From positions 330,001-362,000 of the forward strand of contig NC_013967.1 of assembly GCF_000025685.1 (NCBI RefSeq): a stretch of 32,000 bases of DNA. Direction: 5' to 3'. The notes below the pieces were generated by a model. It made no database searches and was not told where the DNA came from. It saw only the letters and a program-made list of their open reading frames with translations. Source of the stretch: Haloferax volcanii DS2 (GTDB lineage Archaea > Halobacteriota > Halobacteria > Halobacteriales > Haloferacaceae). Shown here one piece after another: positions 6,913 through 12,543 of this stretch; position 1 is the stretch's first letter, and each line of letters opens with the position of its first letter. A program made the position numbers and the translations under genes.

Positions 6913-7088
6913 CTTGCACACGACCGCGGCCGACGTGCTACGAGTGCGGGCGTCGTCAATGTGTCCGCTGTGGGCGTTGTTACGAGAACCACATTCAGTT
7001 CGAGCACTACTCCGTTACTCACTCGAAGCGGTGTCCGTCGTACTTGTGCCGTCTTATCAAGCGACTCCGGCCCGCCACGTACTATTGA
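6909..7088 (+). CDS. Cys-rich zinc-finger mini-protein (59 aa)
   Basis: Not in the track. ATGA overlap with the upstream stop. Translation: MTCTRPRPTCYECGRRQCVRCGRCYENHIQFEHYSVTHSKRCPSYLCRLIKRLRPATYY, with CxxC-x4-CxxC plus further C/H residues. The listed ORFs 6914..7192 and 6961..7158 are in other frames. Confidence 0.5.
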   Translation: MTCTRPRPTCYECGRRQCVRCGRCYENHIQFEHYSVTHSKRCPSYLCRLIKRLRPATYY

Positions 7089-7198
7089 CTCTCCGAAAAC
7101 ACCTGAGAGTCGGAAAGAATCGACTCGATTTCAGTCTTCGACACGGGGAAAAGACTAGGATACTGGCGCTATTCTTCCGAGATGTGAGGTAACCGGAA

Positions 7199-7783
7199 AT
7201 GAAGATGCAGGACTACGAGAGCAAGGACGGGAAGAAGGTGTGGCTCAGTCGGAGCGAGGTTGATACACTCCTCGACGTCGCCGACGGGACTGAGCAGCGA
7301 GTCGCGTTCGCCCTCGGTGCGCGATGTGGGCTCCGTGTCGCGGAGGTCGTGGAAGTCACGCCCGACGACGTAGTCGACACGGAGGTCGGGAAGTTCCTCC
7401 GGGTGTGGGAGGGGAAGGGTTCGAAGTACCGAGAGACGCCCATCCCGACTGACCTCGCGGCGACGATCGCGGCGGTCGGCGACTATCGCGACGAGTCGAG
7501 CGATACACCCGTCGTCGACCGGACGACTCGAACCGTACGGAACTGGGTCACCAAGGCTGGCGACCAGCTGGTCGAGGAGACCGAGGACGTTGGCTGGTCG
7601 TTCCTCGGCCCGCACGACCTCCGACGGACGTGGGGGACGCTACTGGTCGGTGCGGAGGTCGAGCCCGGACTGGTGATGGAGTGGGGCGGTTGGGAGGACT
7701 GGGAGACGTTCAGAGAACACTACCTCGGTGCATACAGTCTCGAAGCACAGGCGCGTGGGATGGGCAAAATCGAGTGGTTGTGA
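7199..7783 (+). CDS. Short tyrosine recombinase / integrase (catalytic domain only, 194 aa)
   Basis: The catalytic signature is readable: GLRVAEV (Arg), GKGSKYRETPIP (Lys hairpin), HDLRRTW (H-x-x-R), GGWEDWETF (Trp) and REHYLG (Tyr). Confidence 0.85.
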   Translation: MKMQDYESKDGKKVWLSRSEVDTLLDVADGTEQRVAFALGARCGLRVAEVVEVTPDDVVDTEVGKFLRVWEGKGSKYRETPIPTDLAATIAAVGDYRDESSDTPVVDRTTRTVRNWVTKAGDQLVEETEDVGWSFLGPHDLRRTWGTLLVGAEVEPGLVMEWGGWEDWETFREHYLGAYSLEAQARGMGKIEWL

Positions 7784-7798
7784 GATAGCGCCGTACGG

Positions 7799-8116
7799 CT
7801 ATGCGTCAGCCACCTGCTGCTGTATCTTTACTACTATAAATCTCAATGCTCCGAACGTAACTAATAGCGATACTACGATCACGGAATCACTACTTCCTGG
7901 TATTGCTGACCTCCAGAATCCTGCCACCGTGAATACACAAAGGATGGCGGATTTGAGAATTATATTTAGATCATCTGCGATTATCTGAACAGTCTCGGAT
8001 TGGGACTTAAAGAACATATAGCCGAGTATGATGAGAGTGACACCAGCAATAGCTGCGACCCCCGTATTATCTGTACTTGCTATCGCTGATATTGCTTCGG
8101 CAAAATCAATCTGCAT
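7799..8116 (-). CDS. Membrane protein (105 aa), AT-rich island
   Basis: About three hydrophobic helices (GVAAIAGVTLIILGYMFF, ILCVFTVAGFW, VIVVSLLVTFGALRFIVV). Its start overlaps the upstream stop by 11 nt (ATGCAGATTGA). Confidence 0.65.
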   Translation of the reverse strand: MQIDFAEAISAIASTDNTGVAAIAGVTLIILGYMFFKSQSETVQIIADDLNIILKSAILCVFTVAGFWRSAIPGSSDSVIVVSLLVTFGALRFIVVKIQQQVADA

Positions 8117-8621
8117 AGTGTAGTGCCGTCACTATCAGAATAGCCGCCCCAGCTAAAGCGATAAGAATACTCTGGAGATAGAATGCGAGCATGAACGTCA
8201 CTATACCCAGAGCGTACAGAGTCGCTACTGGGTGGTCCAGTAACGCGATATCTAGCACTCTAGAGAGTGACGATTGAGCAGTCATGTCTACCTCCTCTGT
8301 GTCTGTAACAAGGTCGTGTGGCTGTATATTCTCTCCGATTACCCCAAGTTGTTGCTCACTAAATGATTTAGCGACCTCTGAGTAGAAGTCTGGATTCTGC
8401 ACTTTAGACAAACCAGAGTCCAAAGGATTTACTGCATGAAACAGAACTTCTTCCTTAGCGAGCCTTTCTGAGATCTCTGCGGCAGACATCTCGATTATTT
8501 GCTGCTTGGCTTCTGGAGGGAGATCCTCCCACTCCAACTCGTCTTGTTGGACGCGGAAATTTCCGGATGGTGTATTTCCGAGGCCGCCCTCATCGACCTG
8601 TGGTCCTCCGTTATGAGTCAT
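8106..8621 (-). CDS. Protein with soluble acidic N-domain and two C-terminal TM helices (171 aa), AT-rich island
   Basis: Start chosen at MTHNGGPQ (ATG 8621), which overlaps the upstream stop by 11 nt (ATGACTCATAA). The C-terminus is VATLYALGIVTFMLAFYLQSILIALAGAAILIVTAL. Confidence 0.6.
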   Translation of the reverse strand: MTHNGGPQVDEGGLGNTPSGNFRVQQDELEWEDLPPEAKQQIIEMSAAEISERLAKEEVLFHAVNPLDSGLSKVQNPDFYSEVAKSFSEQQLGVIGENIQPHDLVTDTEEVDMTAQSSLSRVLDIALLDHPVATLYALGIVTFMLAFYLQSILIALAGAAILIVTALHYAD

Positions 8622-9210
8622 CCTTGTGCCCTTCTGACGAAAGTTGGTATAGTTGACGGAGCGATTCATTTTCGTTCACTCTCAGAACTTGGCTGTGTTT
8701 TGCATTCTCTGAGCCGTCGTCGTCCCGGAAACGGAGTCGGTCAACATCATCTGTCGATGGTTGAATCTCTATCTGCATGATTCCATCAACACTCGGGGAA
8801 GGCAAATCGAATTGATATGTGTGACTCTCTCCAGGGACGATCTCTAGTGGTTCGTATTCCGCTGTACTGCTTAACCTCGCGCCGCCAGCAATGTGTTGTG
8901 TCTGTTCTACTCTGTTGAATCCCACCTCAATCGGGTGGTCCCCAGTATACTCAAAAAGGATCTCATAATACCATGGCAAGCCTTCGATTATGTCGCTTCC
9001 AGAAGCTAAATTGACAAAATCAGAAACCGGCTTGAATTTCTCCCAAGTGAGGTCGGTCCCTTTGAGATCTTCCTCAGATATCTCTCGCGCATCTTTCTCT
9101 GCGAAACTTGATGGGACTGTCCCGTATTCAATTCCAAACTCTCCCGGGATGTCTGCCGCATCTCTTATTCGAGGCCCAGCCCGCTTGCCTGTGATCTCTA
9201 AGTATTCCAT
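8611..9210 (-). CDS. Hypothetical soluble protein (199 aa), AT-rich island
   Basis: Unambiguous ORF in low-GC DNA. The C-terminal half has beta-sandwich-like alternation (PIEVGFNRVEQ, EPLEIVPGESHTYQFDL, GIMQIEIQP). No motif recognised. Confidence 0.7.
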   Translation of the reverse strand: MEYLEITGKRAGPRIRDAADIPGEFGIEYGTVPSSFAEKDAREISEEDLKGTDLTWEKFKPVSDFVNLASGSDIIEGLPWYYEILFEYTGDHPIEVGFNRVEQTQHIAGGARLSSTAEYEPLEIVPGESHTYQFDLPSPSVDGIMQIEIQPSTDDVDRLRFRDDDGSENAKHSQVLRVNENESLRQLYQLSSEGHKDDS

Positions 9211-9219
9211 CGTTCTAGT

Positions 9220-9306
9220 TTAGCTGTCGCCAATCTCACGCTTCTGCCGGTCAACTTCCTTTCTGACTGTCGCCTCAATAAGGTCTAGCCGTTCATTCGC
9301 TACCAT
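9220..9306 (-). CDS. Possible 28-aa helical peptide
   Basis: Not in the track. ATG 9306-9304 overlaps the stop of 9300..9581. Translation: MVANERLDLIEATVRKEVDRQKREIGDS. It ends 9 nt before the next gene and fills an otherwise unexplained gap. Confidence 0.3.
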   Translation of the reverse strand: MVANERLDLIEATVRKEVDRQKREIGDS

Positions 9307-9581
9307 GGAGGCGCAGGTCGATTCGCTTCTTCGATCACTTCCATCTGTTCAACGAACCCACTACTCCGCCAGTCTGACCTCGGTTCAGAGTATTTCCCGA
9401 TTTTGTAAATCGGACCAGACTCCTCAACAGAAAACGCCACATCGTCTATTTCCCACCGCGTCCCGTTTCTGTCTTCCAGAGTATCTCCAACCCAGAATTT
9501 GCATGACCGAGATAGCTCCTTCTTCAGGCGGTTTGAGTGCTCCCAGTTAAATTGTCTCACGTATCCTACACCTACGTTCAA
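9300..9581 (-). CDS. Hypothetical protein (93 aa), downstream partner of the RHH gene
   Basis: 4-nt start/stop overlap with the RHH gene. Rich in W/K/R/E; translation begins MNVGVGYVRQFNWEHSNRLKKELSRSCKFWVGDTLEDRNGTRWEIDD. No known toxin motif recognised. Confidence 0.65.
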   Translation of the reverse strand: MNVGVGYVRQFNWEHSNRLKKELSRSCKFWVGDTLEDRNGTRWEIDDVAFSVEESGPIYKIGKYSEPRSDWRSSGFVEQMEVIEEANRPAPPW

Positions 9582-9793
9582 TCCTCGTCTTCTTCGCTGG
9601 CAAGCAGAGACGGGTCCTCAATCGCCATCTTCATCAAACGGCGAATTGCCTCGCTTCGAGACATATCCATGGGTAGCTCCCCGTTTAACTGACCTCTCTT
9701 TATCGCGCGGTCGAAGTCTTCGACGAAGTCGTCGCCCACTTTGAGAGAAATGTTCCGGGAACCGCTTCCGTCCGTATCGTAGGCGGTGCTCAT
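9578..9793 (-). CDS. Ribbon-helix-helix (CopG-like) protein (71 aa)
   Basis: RNISLKVGDDFVEDFDRAI...SRSEAIRRLMKMAI fits the strand-helix-helix pattern. First gene of the AT-rich operon. Palindromic sites lie directly upstream. Confidence 0.75.
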   Translation of the reverse strand: MSTAYDTDGSGSRNISLKVGDDFVEDFDRAIKRGQLNGELPMDMSRSEAIRRLMKMAIEDPSLLASEEDED

Positions 9794-9795
9794 AC

Positions 9796-9822
9796 AATCA
9801 ATTATTGATTCAATGATTGAAT
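9796..9822. promoter_or_regulatory. Two adjacent palindromic operator candidates (TCAAT-N-ATTGA x2)
   Basis: aatcaat-t-attgatt (9796-9810) is a perfect 15-bp palindrome. attcaa-tga-ttgaat (9808-9822) has 6-bp perfect arms around a 3-nt spacer and overlaps the first by 3 nt. They start 3 nt upstream of the RHH ATG (9793), over the expected TATA position. The core is identical to 4652-4662. Confidence 0.6.
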
Positions 9823-9875
9823 ACCTTGGGAAGATACTACCTCGTTGATGTGGTCGCTTAGGGAGTAAGTAATAA

Positions 9876-9887
9876 GTAACTCGTTAC
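9876..9887. promoter_or_regulatory. Short palindrome gtaac-tc-gttac next to TATA-like gtaataag upstream of 9904
   Basis: The TATA-like element at 9869-9876 lies about 30 nt upstream of ATG 9904. The palindrome lies between the TATA element and the start. Confidence 0.3.
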
Positions 9888-9903
9888 AATACTACCAAGC
9901 GCA

Positions 9904-10089
9904 ATGGAAGTCTCAGTAAACGTGAGCATCTCCATGCCGCCGGAGATGCTAGAGAAAATCGACGAAAACGCCCGAGCTCACGGGAAATCGCGTGCGGCGT
10001 ACGTCCGTCACCTCATCCAGCAGGCACCGGACTCACCGTTCGAGACGCCCGAACTCCAACTGACCGACGAACCGCCCGCAGAAGCATGA
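9904..10089 (+). CDS. CopG/RHH family transcriptional regulator (61 aa)
   Basis: VSISMPPEMLEKIDENARAHGKSRAAYVRHLI is a typical RHH signature. The gene is divergent from the other RHH gene. Confidence 0.8.
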   Translation: MEVSVNVSISMPPEMLEKIDENARAHGKSRAAYVRHLIQQAPDSPFETPELQLTDEPPAEA

Positions 10090-10198
10090 ACAGGGGACCG
10101 TCCAAAGCGCCTGCCAGCAACCCGGAGGTCCCCGATTCGGAGCAGTCGCGCGCGGCACGTAAGTCCAGCGTTGCGTACTGCGTCGAGGTGTTCTGACC

Positions 10199-10432
10199 GT
10201 GAGTGACGATTCGTTCGACGTGAAGCTCGTCGTCACCCGCGGCACCGGGTCGCAGGACAAGGAGAAGATGCAGGTCGAGGTCTCGGCCGACTCGCTCGAA
10301 GAACTCGACGAGAAGGTGAACGGTGCCCGCGAGCGACTGCGCGAGTGGGCTGACGACATCCGCACCATCCAGCCGGACGGTCGCCGTCGACACGACGACG
10401 CCCAGACGGAACTCGGAGGTGCCAGCGCGTGA
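10199..10432 (+). CDS. Hypothetical acidic protein (77 aa)
   Basis: Clean acidic ORF; translation begins MSDDSFDVKLVVTRGTGSQDKEKMQVEVSADSLEELDEKV. Its stop overlaps the next start. Confidence 0.7.
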   Translation: MSDDSFDVKLVVTRGTGSQDKEKMQVEVSADSLEELDEKVNGARERLREWADDIRTIQPDGRRRHDDAQTELGGASA

Positions 10433-10620
10433 GCGCCCAGACGAACCTCGGGACGTTTACCGCCGGACTCTCGCCCGCGGAGACCGACGCCTATCTCGCC
10501 GTCGACGAGGGCGACGAGACGCCGACCGAGTTCGCACGCCGGACCGGACGTGACCCGTCGACTGTGCGGACGCTCCTGTACCGCGCTCGGCGCAAGCTCG
10601 ACAAGCGGGGTGGAGCGTGA
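10429..10620 (+). CDS. Small HTH protein (sigma-70 region-4-like helix-turn-helix, 63 aa)
   Basis: TPTEFARRTGRDPSTVRTLLYRARRKL resembles the region-4/LuxR-type HTH pattern (xxEiAxxxGxSxxTVxxxLxRARxKL). Confidence 0.65.
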   Translation: MSAQTNLGTFTAGLSPAETDAYLAVDEGDETPTEFARRTGRDPSTVRTLLYRARRKLDKRGGA

Positions 10621-10787
10621 CCGACCTCGAAATCATCGCTCAAATCGGTGAAGCGTGGGATTCAGAAACCGCCAGAGAGGTCAACAACAACCTCGACGAC
10701 GACGACCTCGGCATCATCCACGACATCAGCCGTAGCGGCGCGCACTACCTCGTTCGGTGGCCTGACGAAACGGAGGGAGACGAGTGA
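10617..10787 (+). CDS. Small acidic protein (56 aa)
   Basis: Not in the track. GTGA overlaps at both ends. Translation: MTDLEIIAQIGEAWDSETAREVNNNLDDDDLGIIHDISRSGAHYLVRWPDETEGDE. The listed R-rich ORF 10648..11928 is an off-frame artefact. Confidence 0.5.
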   Translation: MTDLEIIAQIGEAWDSETAREVNNNLDDDDLGIIHDISRSGAHYLVRWPDETEGDE

Positions 10788-11785
10788 CCGACCTCGAACC
10801 GCTCTCCCCCGAGGAGGGCGTCACGCGCTTCCTGCGTCACCGCGAACCGAGCGTCCGCGACTCGACCCTGCAGAACTCGCGCACTCGGCTGAACCACTTC
10901 CTCGACTGGTGCGAGGAGGTCGGCATCGAGAACCTGAACGACCTGTCCGGCCGCGACCTCGCCGACTTCGTCGCGTGGCGCCGAGGCGACATCGCGCCCA
11001 TCACGCTCCAGAAGCAACTGAGCACCGTGCGGGCGGCGCTCGGTTTCTGGGCCGACATCGAGGGCGTCGAGGACGGCCTTCGCGAGCGCGTTCACGCGCC
11101 GGAGCTTCCCGACGGTGCCGAGGCGCGCGACGTCCACCTGTCGGCGGACCGCGCCGAATCGATTCTCGACTACCTCGACCGCTACCAGTACGCCAGCCGC
11201 GAGCACGTCATCATGGCGTTGCTCTGGCGAACCGGAATGCGTCGGGGTGCGCTTCGGGCGCTCGATGTCGGCGACCTGCACGCCGACGACCACGCCGTCG
11301 AGTTGGTCCATCGGCCGGAGACCGATACCGCTCTGAAGAACGGCACGAAGGGCGAGCGGTGGGTCTACCTCGGTCCCGAGTGGTTCGAGGTCGTCGACGA
11401 GTACGCCGCGACGAACCGGCACGATGTCGTCGACGACCACGGCCGCCGCCCGCTGATAACGTCGAAGTACGGCCGTCCGACCGGCGATACCATCTACAAG
11501 TGGGTCGGGAAGCTGACGCGCCCCTGCGAGTACGGCGACTGTCCGCACGACCGCGAGCGAGCGACGTGCGACGCGGTCGGGTCAGACGGCTATCCGAGTC
11601 GGTGCCCGTCGTCGCGGTCGCCCCACGCCGTTCGTCGAGGACACATCACGGCCTACCTGAACCGCGAGGTCTCGCCGGAGACGATTTCGGAGCGGTCGGA
11701 CGTGTCGCTCGACATCCTGTACCAGCACTACGACGCGCGGACCCCGCGCGAGAAGATGAACGTTCGAATCCAGAACCTGCCATGA
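10784..11785 (+). CDS. Tyrosine recombinase / phage-type integrase (333 aa)
   Basis: N-terminal SAM-like core-binding region (VRDSTLQNSRTRLNHFLDWCE). Catalytic motifs: TGMRRGA (Arg), HAVRRGH (H-x-x-R) and ILYQHYD (Tyr). A Cys/His-rich insert CEYGDCPHDRERATCDAVGSDGYPSRCP precedes the HxxR. Confidence 0.9.
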   Translation: MTDLEPLSPEEGVTRFLRHREPSVRDSTLQNSRTRLNHFLDWCEEVGIENLNDLSGRDLADFVAWRRGDIAPITLQKQLSTVRAALGFWADIEGVEDGLRERVHAPELPDGAEARDVHLSADRAESILDYLDRYQYASREHVIMALLWRTGMRRGALRALDVGDLHADDHAVELVHRPETDTALKNGTKGERWVYLGPEWFEVVDEYAATNRHDVVDDHGRRPLITSKYGRPTGDTIYKWVGKLTRPCEYGDCPHDRERATCDAVGSDGYPSRCPSSRSPHAVRRGHITAYLNREVSPETISERSDVSLDILYQHYDARTPREKMNVRIQNLP

Positions 11786-11832
11786 GTCACAACACTACCT
11801 GCCAGCCGCACAGCCCCGTGCGATTCCCGACC

Positions 11833-11925
11833 GGGACCTTCCCCGCGAGTCCACTACCATTTTCGCGACGCAACTCAGCGAGTCGTGACTCCGCGAGGAG
11901 TCCGACGAGTACCTCCTGCGTCGCG
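11833..11925. repeat. Direct repeat copy 1 (about 90 bp)
   Basis: gggaccttccccgcgagtccactaccattttcgcgacgcaac...gagtcgtgactcc...ctgcgtcgcg is repeated at 12154-12243, by eye about 80-85 percent identical. It contains a 9-bp inverted repeat cgcgacgca/tgcgtcgcg enclosing smaller hairpins. Confidence 0.75.
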
Positions 11926-11944
11926 TGATGTAGTGCCTGTTTGA

Positions 11945-12022
11945 GCGGGGATTTGAATCAGGGAACGAGAGGTGAGCGAGCAGCGCGAGCGAACGGGAGT
12001 GACCGTGGTTCAATATCCCCGC
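11945..12022. repeat. Imperfect inverted repeat (about 15-bp arms) with T-loop-like sequence
   Basis: gcggggatttgaatc (11945-11959) pairs with ggttcaatatccccgc (12007-12022). The arms resemble a tRNA T-loop/3' end (TTCAAATCCCCGC), but no cloverleaf can be folded. Confidence 0.55.
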
Positions 12023-12121
12023 GAGTCCATTTCCTTCCGTCACTTCGTTCCGTCAGTCACTGGACTCGCTTGCCCCCACTCGCTTCGTCTGCGAGCGACC
12101 CGTGAGTCGCCCGCATGGCCA

Positions 12122-12144
12122 GCGAGACGACACGGTCGTCTCGC
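12122..12144. other. Perfect 10-bp stem hairpin gcgagacgac-acg-gtcgtctcgc
   Basis: Read directly from the sequence. It lies 10 nt upstream of repeat copy 2. Confidence 0.6.
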
Positions 12145-12153
12145 ACTGCTCGT

Positions 12154-12243
12154 GGGGACCCCGCAAGTCCACTACCATTTTCGCGACGCAACACGACGAG
12201 TCGTGACTCCGTCAGGAGCCCTGCGAGTATCAACTGCGTCGCG
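12154..12243. repeat. Direct repeat copy 2 (about 90 bp)
   Basis: ggggaccccgcaagtccactaccattttcgcgacgcaac...gagtcgtgactcc...ctgcgtcgcg. See copy 1. The outer 9-bp inverted repeat is conserved. Confidence 0.75.
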
Positions 12244-12264
12244 AACAGATGTACGTCCCGTTTC

Positions 12265-12510
12265 TCATTGCCGTCCAATGCCGAGTTGATATGCCGCGAA
12301 GTACGAACTGAACATCGATATGGCAAGTAGAGTGCAGTACGTGCTTATAAAATAGAGAAGTTCAACGATTGAATTCGGTGAGCTGATACCAAGAAATCGA
12401 GATACGACCGCAGCGAATCCAATCGAAGGAAACGAAACAATCACCAGTACAGATCTACTGGACCATGCGCTGGACCGCCCCAGCATGAAGTCTTTTGGAG
12501 GGACGTCCAT
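12265..12510 (-). CDS. Small membrane protein (81 aa) in AT-rich DNA
   Basis: Hydrophobic segments VLVIVSFPSIGFAAVV and LLYFISTYCTLLAISMFSSYFAAY. The palindromic TATA-like attttaaaat (12534-12543) is centred about 28 nt upstream of the ATG. Confidence 0.5.
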   Translation of the reverse strand: MDVPPKDFMLGRSSAWSSRSVLVIVSFPSIGFAAVVSRFLGISSPNSIVELLYFISTYCTLLAISMFSSYFAAYQLGIGRQ

Positions 12511-12533
12511 AGTCTCATCGTACGCAGAGAATT

Positions 12534-12543
12534 ATTTTAAAAT
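12534..12543 (-). promoter_or_regulatory. TATA-box-like palindrome attttaaaat
   Basis: Its position relative to ATG 12510 fits a leaderless haloarchaeal promoter. Confidence 0.45.

Noticed and set aside
7118-7130. Palindrome aatcga-c-tcgatt upstream of the short recombinase as a specific operator
   Set aside because: This is a single short site. Its arm similarity to 29081-29098 in an unrelated chromosomal locus suggests chance occurrence.
10648-11928. 426-aa plus-strand ORF overlapping the integrase
   Set aside because: It is an extremely Arg/Pro-rich off-frame artefact. The integrase frame (10784..11785) carries the catalytic motifs.
11945-12172. Possible tRNA gene (T-loop-like TTCAAATCC/GGTTCAATATCC, and acceptor-like GGACTCG ... 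CAAGTCCA at 12062-12171)
   Set aside because: I could not fold a cloverleaf. There are no complementary T-stem arms, no D-loop GG or A14/A21 pattern, and the candidate span of 110 nt has no plausible anticodon arm. I treat these as tRNA-end-like fragments only.
11833-12243. CRISPR array
   Set aside because: There are only two long (about 90 bp) imperfect repeats plus one partial motif, with irregular spacing. This does not fit a repeat-spacer organisation.
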